DNA of 64,000 nt from Bugula neritina (GCA_964035545.1 OZ037766.1:21254767-21318766); one strand, 5' to 3'; counted from the first letter of the stretch, positions 13,701-26,904 are shown. Made by a program: numbers and translations. The notes: a model not told the origin generated them from the letters alone.

Positions 13701-16700
13701 TAGATGAAAGATACAAGTTAATAAAAACTAATTCTCTATGTGTTAGGTGCTTGGGTGCCCATGAGCCTAAGCGCTGTCCAAATTTCCGAACCCCTTGTCC
13801 AGTCTGTGATAAAACAACCCACCATGTATTATTGTGTATCAAATCAGCTGAAACTAATACACATACCAATTGTAATACCAACAAGAATAAAGTAAAAGCT
13901 GATCAAATTAAGCACAAGAGTAATGAGAATTCTGAAGCGTCTGCTGTTAGCACCACGGTCCGTGTGTCTCCCAATCATGGAGCGCACAATCATCCAGGAA
14001 ATACTACAGTATTTGCCATTCAGCAGGCTCAAGTAGTGGGTACATCTCATACAGCTATTGTATTCTTTGACGGCGGATCCAATGCTTCATTCATATCGGA
14101 GAGAGCTGCTGAAGCGTGGGGTGCGCGACAAATAGATAAGGTGAATTTGGAAATGAACACACTTGGTGAACATGAAGTTAGCGAAACTTCTACTATTTAC
14201 GAAGTAAAGTTACAAACTCCAAAGGGAAGGACCTTTGCGATTTTAGCTTACAGCCTTCGGAAACTCACAGGGGCTATCAACAGGCCACTTAATGCAAACA
14301 TCCTCGGATCTTTGTTCCCAAAAGTAGACACTAGTAAGCTATTGAAGAAGACGGGACCTATCGACCTGCTAATTGGTAACGATCTTCTTGGATTGCATCC
14401 AAAACACCAAGTTGATCAAGCAGGACCTCACCTCTATGTATATTCTGGACCCTTTGGACTGTGTGTGCAGGGATCACACCCGGCCCTTAGCAACTTTTCT
14501 ACACTTCCATCCTCATCTTTCCATGTACAGGCTACCATGACGCATGAGAAGTTAGAGGAAGTTGAATTTTCTCAAAGCATTCACAACGACACGCTCAACA
14601 GTTGTGATTTGGACTTGTCCACAGTTTCTTCGCCGGCCTACAGTGTCAATCGTCCCGACGCATCTCCCAGTCAGTTTGCAAAGTCATTTTCAAGACCTCA
14701 GACTATTATAGATTGTGGTGAATCACATACTATAGCCACTGAATGTGGTATGATTGAGTCAGCCGATGACTCCGACCCGTTACAGAGCCCTGGAGACCCA
14801 GACACTGAGTCTGCGGAACAAATCGGTTCTGGACAGTTGAACAGATCTTTAGAAGTCAATGACTCTACATCCATGTCTATAGAGATTAAAAGAAAGTATG
14901 AATTTACTAGCAGTACCTCTATCACACAATCCACGCCTGTTCCGGCCAATGAGAGGGCAGAATCTAAAGCGACTGCTAAAGGGGTAAACAAAGCTACAGC
15001 TAAATGTCGTATAGCACCCATAAAACAACAACTCAAGATTCCTCAACTAGAACTCAATGCGGCCGTATGGTCAAAGAGAGGCAGACAAGTTATTAAGACT
15101 GAAATGCGCTATGAGTTTGAGAAAGTTTATCAGCTTAGAGATTCTGAAACAGTGCTCAAGATGCTCCAAAAGAAGTCAACAAGGTTTCATGTTTACGAGG
15201 GTGTACGCGTTGGAGAAATTCAGGGAGCAACCAATGGAGATATGAGCTGCTGGCACTGGGTAAGTGGCAAGGAAAACACAGCAGATTGGCTTACAAGAGG
15301 GAAGCCTGTCAATGACATTGGACCTGCGAGTGAATGGTGGAGAGGCCCAAATTTTCTCTATCTGCCTGAGGATCAATGAGATATGAAATCGCCATCTGAC
15401 TCGAATGAGCTTGTCTTTGGAGAGAAGAAAATAGTTTACACCGTCACTGCATCAACAGAAGTCCAATCATTTATTAAATATGAAAATTTCAGCAGCCTCA
15501 AGAGTCTAACATGGACAATAGCTCGAGTTCGCAACGTCTTCAAGTACAAAAGTTTTAAGAGAATCCAACCTGATCTCGTCACCGTGACAGATCTACGGCA
15601 GACCAAACTCTACTTACTGAAGCAGGTACAACGCACTATAGATTCTGAGTTGAACAAGATTAAAGGGAAATACACAAGATTTCACCCCATTAAGACAGAG
15701 AGTGGAGTATGGATAGTAGGCAGTAGACTCCTAAGGCATAACCCCATGACAGCGATTAAAACGCACATGCAATCAATCCTTCCCACCACTCACTACTTTA
15801 CCTACTTGGCAATGCGGCAGGCACATACAGACAGCTATCACCGTGGCCGAGATGCAACACTCGCAAGATTCCGAGAAGAGTTTTGGACTATGCAGGGATC
15901 TAAGGTTGCTAGGGGCACAGTGACATCATGCCAAATGTGTCGACTCAAACAACCTCACTTTACTGATCAACTGATGGGAAGTCTACCTACAGAACGACTA
16001 ACGACCGGACCGCCGTTCAACAATGTAATGATAGATCTTTTTGGTCCGTATATTGTGAGAGGAGAAAAACAGACTAGAACTTCGAGCAAAGCTTATGGAG
16101 TAATATTCACAGACATCAGTTCACGAGCAGCACACATCGAAGCAGTTTTCGGATATGACAGTGATTCTTTCCTGTTGGCATTAACTCGATTCGTCAACAT
16201 TCGTGGCTGGCCATCCAAGATTTATTCTGATCCTGGAACACAGTTAGCTGGAGCAGAAAAAGAACTCAAAGATATGTGGAGACGCATGGACAAAGATTCT
16301 ATCAAGAAAACCAGTGCAGAAAATGGGTTGCAATGGGAATTTGGACCTGGTGACAGCCCCTGGTATCAGGGCGCTGCTGAATCACTCATAAAGGCTGTCA
16401 AGAGATGTTTCACATTTTCAATGAGCAACCGCCGGCTTTCACCTACAAAATTTCTCACAATCTGCACTGAAGCTGCAAACACACTAAATGAAAGGCCATT
16501 GGGATTACTCCCAGATTCAGACTCTGAGATCAACATATTAACACCTAACTGTCAACTTATTGGACGACCCTTCATTAAGAATCCTGGCAACTGGAATACA
16601 GACTACTCCTTAAGGGGGCGACTGGCTCTGGTAAATACAGTCTCAGATGACTTTTGGCGGAAGTGGACCGAATTGTATGCACCCACACTGATTCATCACC

Positions 16701-19233
16701 AAAAGTGGCATACCCCAAGACGAAACTTTCAGGTGGGAGATGTTGTAGTTGTTATGGATCCAAATCAGCTGCGTAATCAGTATAAACTAGCTCGAGTACA
16801 TCAAGTATATCCGAGCAAAGATGGTGTAGTAAGGAAAGTAGCCCTTTCCTACAAAAACTATAAGGTAGCAGGGAAACTGAGGGACTATGTAGGCTGTAAA
16901 GACACTATCATAACCCGCAGCGTGCATAGGTTGGCTTTATTAACTGAAGTAAACCCATAAATGACTGATCTACCTTCTTGGCCGCGTGTACGCTCGTGTC
17001 GCTGGAGGGGTTTGCATTCAACCGTTTTTCGGGGGACGGGCTGGTGCGCGGAGGGGTCAGCGGATTGGTGCAAGAATTTCATGGTCTGTGACTGATCCTA
17101 TTTTGTTTTGTTTGTTTTGTTTGTTTTGATTTACATAATTTATCAATATTTGTCAGAATAGTATCTGCCAAGCAATTCGACCCCACCGATGTATTGGTAT
17201 GCCACCCAGATGTATTGGCAGGCAGCCAATCATTAAAGCTTTCAAGCTTCAAAAGCTTTCACCAAAGCTACTATTAGCTGGCAGAGCTAGTTCATTCACT
17301 GTACTGCATGAGTCAGTGTATCATGATCAAACCGCCATATTTACACTCTTTGTATGAATAAACTATCGGTTTCGGCATTGTGATGGCTAAGATTTTTATC
17401 CACGCATCAATATTGTAAGTTTATTAGAATTATAATAGTTCATGTCAATTTTTTGGTTCTGTAATATTCATAGTGTTCCTCTGAATTTTGATTTATGTTG
17501 TGACTACTTATTTATACAATTTCTAATGTTTCCCATTTTATAGGGTACGATTTGACAGTTAATAAACTCGAAAACCTGTTGCCAAGTTGGCTAGTAGTTA
17601 AAGCATATCTTGCAACCAGACACAAACACAAACCGATACAATTATTTTAGAAAATTGCATCAAGCTCAGTTTTGTCATTATGCTGCTCATCAACAATTAA
17701 CATGAGGCTAAAATCTCTACTTTGCTTTAGTTCTACATGGTGTAGCACTTAGTATAGCACATTTCATCAAATTTACCTCCATTGTGAGAAGCTACACATT
17801 AAGCAGTCTTCTCTCTTCGGATTACTTATCTCTGTATTGTTTAATAGTTAATACTATTATTTTGAAATATTTTTAATGTGTCAGTAATACGCTATAATTA
17901 CAGTTACCTTTTCTTAACGTCAGTAAATGACTACGAGTATATTTTATTATTGAACAATAAATATTTAATGGTCATTTCTAAAACATAGAAAGTGAGATTA
18001 GGTTTTTGTATTTCAAACAGTGTTTGTTTCAATCATAAATTGAATCATTAGCTAATAAAAAACGGCTAAACTTTATTCTAAATGCCTAAAAAGAGAAATT
18101 GCAGCTTAGAAAAGATTAGGTATATCTAAAAATGTAATGCATCACATCACTGTATAGGCTCAGCTCACTTCTCAGTTTTTAGTCGGAAATTTTTGAGAGA
18201 TAGTTTCATAGGTGTACAAACTTCTAATAAAATATTTTAAATATTAATTTTATTAGTGCTCCCTTTACATCTCACTAAGCTACAGGTTCTAAAGCAGTGA
18301 CATAGTAGAATACCAGATTTAACTCAAGTAGTGGCTAAATTTCGCTATTTTGTCTTTATCAGCACATACATGCATAAGTCATAAAAGAGTGTGAGAGCCT
18401 ATAAAATTCTGTGAGAAAGTACACTGTCAAATACAGAGAGAGAACTGTATACTTATAATTTCCTAATGCATCTTCAAAATTTGCCCAGCCACTGCAAATC
18501 TACTTCTTTCAAGCAAAACCTCCAGACAAAAAAGTTGCTTAAATCTTTGAATTAAGTCGGTAGAGCATTTATTTTGCAGTGATATATAACAGCAAATGGT
18601 ACTATTAAATATGAATGTGTTTCACGCAACCATTTGTAATGCATGTAGGCATCCCTACTGTATATTATTATAGTTTTGTAAATACAGCTAAACAGAAGAT
18701 TTTAGGGCTATAAGCCTGTATTGTTATTTAAATGTTTTAGTTTATTTATATAGTTATATCTCATATCAGAAGTCTCTTTAAATCAGAAACCAGTTCTTGT
18801 AATTGTGTTCCTTAACTAATTATTCAACACATAAAGTTGCTTTAAGCAACTGCAAAAGCTTATGAAAATGTGCTGGTTATCTATATTATAGAATTCTTCA
18901 ATGCAGAGTTATGTAATATTACATTCAGTACTTGCACTTTATCTTATCTCTTGGAATACAGCAAGACAGAGTTGTAAACAAACCCTATGAAAGTCTTACT
19001 GTGAGAGTAAAATTAGAAAAGTGATTTATAAAATCAATGAAAAAAACCAAATACTTTACAGAGTGACTTGCATCATTTAAATGCTTACCTTTTACTGATT
19101 CTTGAAGCTTAGATTCAAAACTGCTGTATGCAGAGATCTGTTTTGTACAGTAAACTTGTTTAGTAACATTTCTCAATGCTAAGAGTGTTATAAATTGTGA
19201 TGTAAACAGCATGCACACCAAGAGTAGCTTCAT
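1743..19233 (-). CDS. Secreted PAN/Apple-domain protein, paralog A (exon 1 19233-19089, exon 2 2012-1743; further exons presumably left of the window)
   Basis: Exon 1 MKLLLVCMLFTSQFITLLA.. (signal peptide-like) ends AAG|GTAAGC in phase 1. Exon 2 starts ttttag|GT and encodes FCLALCSTNQSCVAVSYDKDTSTCFLS (PAN-type C-x3-C-x5-C..C), ending AAA|GTGAGA. Exon sizes (145, 270 nt) equal those of paralog B. Confidence 0.8.
4129..4688 (+). repeat. Gypsy 5' LTR
   Basis: Direct repeat of 10979-11541; TATAAAA at 4510-4516, AATAAA at 4584-4589. Confidence 0.95.
4690..4707 (+). promoter_or_regulatory. Primer-binding site, tRNA-Leu
   Basis: TGGTGGCAGCGGTGGGAT is 1 nt after the LTR and complementary to the 3' 18 nt of metazoan tRNA-Leu (..ATCCCACCGCTGCCA-CCA). 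Confidence 0.88.
4752..5636 (+). CDS. gag: Gypsy Gag
   Basis: 294-aa ORF just after the PBS; CCHC knuckle CWGCGASGHVQRRC. Confidence 0.92.
   Translation: MSRTPEDGREALTLESLVTALRAIGPANPAPPLDRYRLQPPIFGGDCNVEQFIKEFEDVATIAAWPAPVRLLQLRSCLTGPAKNYAVGESVGQIYQALRTRFGLTAREARTKLQNMKRDRRTSLQDYANAIERLALIAYSRTALDERRELVYEAFFSTVNDSALQKHYLAAKISTIEEALAMGRSYYQVDNPHRADFSASQVEEAAREEEATVATVADPAPSSSQITMLVDMVKGLQLEVARLQQQQGGRRTTEIRTNPTRPNQPTCWGCGASGHVQRRCPQKGKLPLNARGSR
5612..5655 (+). promoter_or_regulatory. -1 ribosomal frameshift signal (gag-pol)
   Basis: T TTA AAC in the gag frame at 5612-5618, 6-nt spacer, perfect 10-bp stem GGCTCACGGT/ACCGTGAGCC (5625-5634/5646-5655); pol is in the -1 frame. Confidence 0.85.
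5612..10475 (+). pseudogene. pol: Gypsy Pol (PR-RT-RNaseH-IN), inactivated
   Basis: LLDTGC protease; RT WRFCVDYR/LPFGL with YxDD read as YQDD; RNase H DTDAS; integrase VAVDLVGP, HTDQG, GVVER. In-frame stops at 7400-7402 and 8927-8929 and a frameshift near 9365. Confidence 0.93.
10966..10978 (+). promoter_or_regulatory. Gypsy polypurine tract
   Basis: GATAGGGGGTGTG immediately before the 3' LTR. Confidence 0.7.
10979..11541 (+). repeat. Gypsy 3' LTR
   Basis: Near-identical copy of 4129-4688. Confidence 0.95.
11936..16960 (+). pseudogene. BEL/Pao polyprotein: Gag, protease, partial RNase H, integrase; RT missing, one stop
   Basis: Gag PFNGTRYYWPEF and triple Cys/His knuckle (CFIH..C, CVRC..H..C, CPVC..HH.LLC); protease FFDGGS; RNase H AKCRIAP..IPQLEL, ENTADWLTRG, WWRGPNFL; TGA at 15377-15379; integrase MIDLFGP, YSDPG, GAAE, FWRKW. 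No YxDD domain. Confidence 0.9.
17190..17640 (+). repeat. BEL 3' LTR (uninterrupted)
   Basis: Matches the joined halves of the split 5' LTR with a single CTAT at the Gypsy insertion point. Confidence 0.95.
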
Positions 19234-19566
19234 GGTTAAAGTAACAACTGTGCTGGTTCACGGCTTCAGAACGAATGTGGTTTTGGCAAGAGGTGCCTTG
19301 TTATTTTCATATAAAATTTTTATTTAGTGCACCAATACAGGCAATACTGTAATATTATCAGTCCCATAGCGCATACCTTCCTGAATAATATATAATATAT
19401 ATAATGAAAGTATTTGGTATTATTGTTATATTCTGAGTGCAAGCTTTTTCATGAGTAAATATTTGACTAAATTAATGTATACTGTCATGCTGCCACTTGG
19501 TGGGTTTCATGCTTTAATTATATTTCCCATTGTTCTCTGCCTTCCATCTGTGCCCACTCACTTGCT

Positions 19567-20548
<982 letters not shown>

Positions 20549-20614
20549 GTATATAGATATATATATATATATATAGATAATATATATAGATAATATATAT
20601 ACATATATGTATAT

Positions 20615-20662
<48 letters not shown>

Positions 20663-21701
20663 GTAATATAACTGTGGCAGTGCGTAAAAAGGTTAAATTG
20701 TAAATAAATTTGCTAGCATGGATTGTGTTGTCTTTTATAATTACATTGTGTGTTCATGTGCAGACCAGCTATAGATATACTCATTTCAAAGCTTAGCTTC
20801 AGGCGATCAAAACTGCTTTCAATGAAAAGAAAATATTATATATAAAATAAGAAGAATTCGATTGGCTTCCAGACAGGCTGAATTTATGGTTCAGAGATTT
20901 AAAGTCTGAACTAATATTGAGTTATCATTTTAAATGGCTGGAATATAGGTCGTTTTGATTTAGTGTTTTAACAAATAGACTGTATCCCATATCATTATGC
21001 AACTAATATTATTTATATAATTTTATCTAGCAATACACTGAATCATTGTAGAAGGCCTTTGTGTACATTTATAAGGCTCTTTGAATGCTGAAAAAGTAAT
21101 ACTAAACTGCAACATACTTTCAAAAAAAGTAATAGAAAGTTGATAAGCTTGTGTGTCATTATGAAAGAGTACCTTGAAAGATATTATTACAATTAAAGCA
21201 TGTAGATAAATTTCCCACCTATTCTGGCTCTTTCATGCTTGTTAATGGGTGCCTGCCGGAGATCTAACCTAATTATACTTCTCATGCTAACCCTAGCTGC
21301 CCTGAAATCCCTTTCAGTGAGAAAACGGATTAGAGATGTTTTCTGATTTCGTCTTTTCATCTATGTTTTGACTGTTTCTTCTTCCTTTTTGTCTATATCT
21401 CATGTATACACTCTTCTGATGTCATCATATTTTTTATGCGTACATGTCTAAACTACTTCCATCTATTTCTTCTCTTAGGGTACCTATAACATATTTATCA
21501 CGTTAATTACTAGCATTATGCTTTTGGAGTTATGTTTACACTTCAAGGCAGTACTACAGCATTCTCATGCAACATACACTGAATCTTTCAGTAAATAATC
21601 TGTCCCTGACCATGTTTCGGCTTCATGCAGCATAATTTGATGTTTTTTCATTCACCGGTTATTTGTTTTTTGCTTATAAAATAAAATAAAAATTGCAGCT
21701 A

Positions 21702-21775
<74 letters not shown>

Positions 21776-21846
21776 GTAAAATGAGTGTTTATCAAACGTT
21801 ACTAGAGTGCTCTATAGAAATAAATCTAGAGCATAAACATTAGAAA

Positions 21847-22068
21847 AAATAAAATGAGATTTGATTAATATAATGGCATTTATTACTAGTAGTTTCGTAC
21901 ACAAAAACGATGTGCACCCGTCAGATAAATTTGCCACTATGATTGCTTACAACTATAAATAGTTGTAAGCAATCATAGTGGCAAATTTATCTGACGGGTG
22001 CACATCGTTTTTGTGTACGAAACTACTAGTAATAAATGCCATTATATTAATCAAATCTCATTTTATTT
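21847..22068. repeat. Perfect palindrome (110-bp arms, 2-nt spacer) between (TA)n tracts
   Basis: 21847-21956 is the reverse complement of 21959-22068; (TA)n at about 21704-21775 and 22076-22153. Confidence 0.95.
21978..22042 (+). ncRNA. Minimal type-I hammerhead ribozyme (A9G core variant); mirror copy on the - strand at 21873-21937
   Basis: Stem I AUUUAU/AUAAAU (extends GUGGC/GCCAU); CUGACGG; stem II GUGCACA/UGUGUAC; GAAA; stem III ACUA-C-UAGU; cleavage triplet GUA, cut after 22031. Confidence 0.7.
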
Positions 22069-22069
22069 C

Positions 22070-22157
<88 letters not shown>

Positions 22158-23893
22158 GCTAGAAAATGCTTTCACAGTAAAAAATTGAATGTGTAAATAA
22201 AATAGCATTCAGTATTAAAAATTGTAAACGTTTGCTTAATATCAAAAAAACATATAATTGGCACTTTTCTATATCTGTCAACATAAATATAACTATTAAA
22301 TCTTCACCTGCAATTTTTCAGAAATCAAAAAGTTTAAATATATTTATTTTACATATTTATTGAGTTTAGTTGAGTTAGTTTAGTAGGCTCAGTAGCCCCT
22401 GTGGTGTAATTGGTTAGCGTGCTCACAAGGTCTATCACTACAACTAATGCACTTAAATTAATAATAACATTTGTAAAACAATTTTGAGTGTCTTTTTATT
22501 TCAAAAAACCTGATTTTTAAAAACTTTTTCAATGAGCTGAAAGCAAAAATTAACATTCCAAGTAGCTGCAACTTAAAAATGCTTTTAAAACTATGATTTT
22601 TTGTCTAGGGTTTTGTGGGAAAACATATTTTCATCACAAATTCACCTGGTGAATTTGCATGTTATAAGTTAAAACAACAAGCAAGACATTTTTGAGCTTA
22701 AGCTATGCTTAAAATGAATAATGGTGAATGCCGTCATGGTAATGCTGCTAGGAAATTTCCTAATAATATTTATGCAATGCTAAGATTGCCATTTCTTCGA
22801 AGTCAATTTTACAAATATAATTGATGCAATTGAATGGTGATAATAATAAATTTTCTATTCTAATTTAAAATGTGGACAAAAGCAGACACTGCCTGGGTTT
22901 CAATTTATTCCCATCACACACAATTATGCAATGACTGATGACAGTTCTTTCACTTGACTAGCTGCTCTCTTATAATCAATTAAAATATGTGCACATGTTT
23001 TGAACAACATCAATCATGCACTAACCTATAGCACTAGACCACAACTGCTCCCTTGACTGGGATTTGTTCTACTGCAATTGAAATAATAATGACATATAAG
23101 AGTGAAAGTATTTCATGTAGTTTGCATGTAGGTGGTTCTTTTTCAGTAAACAAATTGATTTTACTTTTTTGCCACAACAGTCACATATGTGAACACCACT
23201 TGTATATAGTGGCAATACCTTATTAAACAAATTGTGCATGAAAAGTTGAAAAGCTAATACTTTAACGAATACGTTATTTTACCTTTCGAAAAATGCTGAC
23301 ACAAAAGTGAGCATCTTTCTTTGCTTCACAAGTGTACTATTTACTCATCTATTTAAACCAAGAAAAATCTGTTGCCTAGTTTTAACCATGAAGCTACTCT
23401 TGGTGTGCTTACTGTTTACATCACAATTTATAACACTCTTAGCATTAAGAAATGTTACTAAACAAGTTTACTATACAAAACAGATCTCTGCATACAGCAG
23501 TTTGGAATCTAAGGTTCAGGACTCCAAGCACGGTAAACTATGTTATACTAAAAATCAGCTGCTATAATTGTGTTCAATTCATATATTTATGCTATCCTAC
23601 AGCTTGGTATGGTAGTTTGCAAGAAATAAATTTCGATGCTCAAAGTTGGTTGATTTTGAAATAAAATATATAACTTGGTTATGTTCATAATTTTGCTAAT
23701 TGGATGAAATTAAATTATTGTATAATTGATGGAAGGGGTTTTTTGTTAAATAGGGCTAAGGACTTATGTAGATAGGGCACAGGAGCAATTATATGACTGC
23801 ATGGGTGCTTTTCTTAACATCACCGCAATGACTTTTGTCAGGATTCGAACCCATGACTTTGTGTTTACTAGGCAACTGCTTTAACCCCTAGAC

Positions 23894-25012
23894 CAGTGGT
23901 TTCCAACCTTTTTCATACTATTCCCCTTTTTCATAAATTTTGACTATTAAATTCTCCCCTTTCCAAAAGCAAAAATGTTTTATGACTGACCTAATGATTA
24001 TAAATGATACAATGCAATATATTCTGTTCTATTATATTTGCATGTAATATAATTATCATAATAGTTATGTTATTATGTTATAAAACACAAAGAAGTTCAA
24101 TTATTAGCGTCTTGGCTGCAGTTGATGCTTTTGTGCCAGCTTGCTTAAGCTTGGCTCTGTTTTGACCAGGCCCATCTTAAGTCACTCTGCAGGTTAAGGC
24201 AGTTTCTCTTCTCTTTGAATTGATAAAAGTCCTACCTCTCACATGGATGGGTGGTGTTAGATGGCACAAAAACTCTGGGAAAAGTTTACTTGTCGAAACC
24301 CAGAATTATTTCAGGTAAAATTGGCACAGATAATAATGGCACAAATGGAAAATTAGGTAAAAGTGGCACATTTTCAATATTAGGATGAAAGATTTGAGTT
24401 AGGGGTTTGGGATTCCAGATGGGAAGTTTTGGGTTTAGGAAAGTTTAACACCAGTGTGCGATTCTGACCTGTGTCATATTTACCTGAAATCGGAACAGGT
24501 TCTTCTCCTATTAAAGTTCATTGAGTGTGGGGAAAGATACCATGTTTTAATAGAGACGCCATCATTTCAGTGTAACTATAAAAACGTTGATGCTGCTATA
24601 ATGAAAAGAAATGATATGATGATTGCACTCCTGTATTCTTAGATTCAGATTATTTAATGTAGCAAATAATAAATTTACTAGGTATGTAGTATACAGTTCA
24701 GAAAGATTTACTTGCATGGCTACTATAAGTTGGCCTGTTAGTTTTTGCAAATTTTTTGACCTCTTTTCGAAGTAATACAGGGAGCAGTTAGGGTAGAGTA
24801 GGTAATTAATAAACACATTCATTTAGAAGTAAACTGAGATTGCAGAAAGTAGTTTGGTTAAATATATGAACTAAGATGAAGATTTATAGATATACATATA
24901 CCTGTAACTTGCAAGAGCTCAAAAACTGCGTGAATTTTTTAAAACCTAAATTCCCCCCTTAGAGTGCCCAAATTTCCCCTAGGGAGGAATTCTCCCAGGT
25001 TGGGAACCACTG
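23894..25012 (-). mobile_element. Non-autonomous hAT (Charlie/Buster-like) transposon
   Basis: TIRs CAGTGGTTTCCAACCT / AGGTTGGGAACCACTG; 8-bp TSD CCCTAGAC (23886-23893, 25013-25020); transposase C-terminal remnant (..EPSLSKLAQKHQLQP..) near 24100-24200. Confidence 0.9.
24308..24490. mobile_element. MITE with GGTAAAAATGGCACA-type subterminal repeats (related copies at about 56366-56550 and 58422-58675)
   Basis: TIR ATTTCAGGTAAA/TTTACCTGAAAT; the motif array recurs at two other loci, and the copy near 58422 also has the GGGTTT-rich core. Confidence 0.6.
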
Positions 25013-26401
25013 CCCTAGACCAAGGCTGCTCCTTTAATTATTGGGGTTTGGGGTTTGTATAAAATATCTAATTTAAGTTATTTTGTTAATACTTTTATGT
25101 ATTGTCAAATGTATTGGAAGTTATGTTTATGAGCTATAGGGTTTTAGGCTATGTAAAATAATACGTTCTAGAAATGCTTAGATCTATGTAAAAAGATATG
25201 CAAATGATGATGATACAAACATACTAAACAATACTGAATATGAGTGTTAGCATAAAAATTGACTAAAATATTCCTTAGGGTTTTTGCATTTTATACATAG
25301 TAACAACGATTGAATACAAAAAAATATCACTTATAATTACTTTATGAAATGCTTGTGCCAGGAATGACTTATTGAGTTGGATAGCAACAAGCATAGAGCA
25401 ACAATTTTAATTTTTAAATTTATTGTTCACTCTTTGTCTTGTTCTCTATCAAAATAACAAAAATGGTTACATGCTGTACAAAAATATATACATGTCTTGT
25501 ACTCTATATCAAAATATCAACAAAAACAAAGACTTCAAAATTATAATGACATTTACAAACATCAGCTACTTAGAACATCTTCTTGGTAAGTGACTATTAA
25601 CAACTTATAATACAAACAAAAATAATTTAACAAAAAGTCAAAAAATAGCTGAATAAACTGCAAAAAGCTAACGTATACTTTCATTAAAGTAATTTGCAAA
25701 CAGCCAGGATTATCTCCCTGGCACAATGCTTATTGCATTAAACAACTATCACTGCATTACGGAAATGAAGCTTTTATCCGCTGTATAGAGACAATGCCAA
25801 TCATATGAAATCAAAACCAATATATAAGCTAATTCAAATTGCATCCACCATTCCATCTGTACCAGTATATTCCATATGCATCTATTTGGATCATGAAAAC
25901 TGATTTATTTTCACAAATACAGTAAATTTGAGTTGAATGTAATATAATAACCTAAAAATCATATTTGTGATGCAACGTATATGTTACTTATATATGTGCA
26001 AATATAATATATACGTAATTGATTGTGTAAAAATGTAAATGAATTCAACAAATTATTAGCGTTTATAAACAGTCAGCAGATAAAGCTATTATTTGTTAGT
26101 GATCAAAATCGATTTTTCTTTTTTATATATAAATAACTGGAAAACACATAAATGAATAATTTATTGATAGGGAGCAGATTATTAAACTAAGCTAGAATTA
26201 TAGTAGAGTATGGAAACTGTTGATAATGTTATCTTAAGAAGAATTTATGAAAGTTTCATCTCGTTTAATCACGGAGATATAAGCGAATCAAAATTAGCTC
26301 GAGTTTGATTTTTGCAGCTCGATCTGTGATAGAAAGTATGACTCAGTGCAGTTTCCTCAACAGTCAGTGTCAGTCTGGTGTCTTTAAATATGCAAACACA
26401 A

Positions 26402-26522
<121 letters not shown>

Positions 26523-26575
26523 ATATGTATGTATATATGTATATATGTATATATGTATATATATATGTATATGTA

Positions 26576-26658
<83 letters not shown>

Positions 26659-26679
26659 GTATATATGTATATATATGTA

Positions 26680-26775
<96 letters not shown>

Positions 26776-26904
26776 GTATGCTGATTGTCAATCTAGTTGG
26801 AGTTCCAGCAAAGTAAAGTGCTCGATATCACGGGTGACAGAGCTAATATAATGTAGTGTGTTCAGATTGTTAATGATACATATATATTTTTTTATTTAAA
26901 AAAT

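Larger units (their letters stand above)
4044..17640 (+). mobile_element. BEL/Pao LTR retrotransposon with RT deleted (non-autonomous); 5' LTR split by a Gypsy insertion
   Basis: LTRs TGTATTGG...CCGATACA: left 4044-4128 + 11546-11912, right 17190-17640 (about 3 substitutions, 1 indel). 5-bp TSD ATTAT at 4039-4043 and 17641-17645. Internal ORF has BEL-type motifs. Confidence 0.93.
23810..25032 (-). mobile_element. tRNA-derived SINE split by a hAT element
   Basis: Removing the insertion restores, on the - strand, A box TGGTCTAGGGG and B box GGTTCGAATCC. Confidence 0.6.

Noticed and set aside
7400-15379. Three premature stops apparently from TGG (APOBEC-like editing?)
   Set aside because: TGG to TGA/TAG is the commonest transition route to a stop; LTR pairs show no G-to-A clustering.
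21847-22068. Palindrome as the axis of the inverted gene duplication
   Set aside because: The arms are perfect (recent) while the genes are diverged, and the intervening flanks are not homologous.
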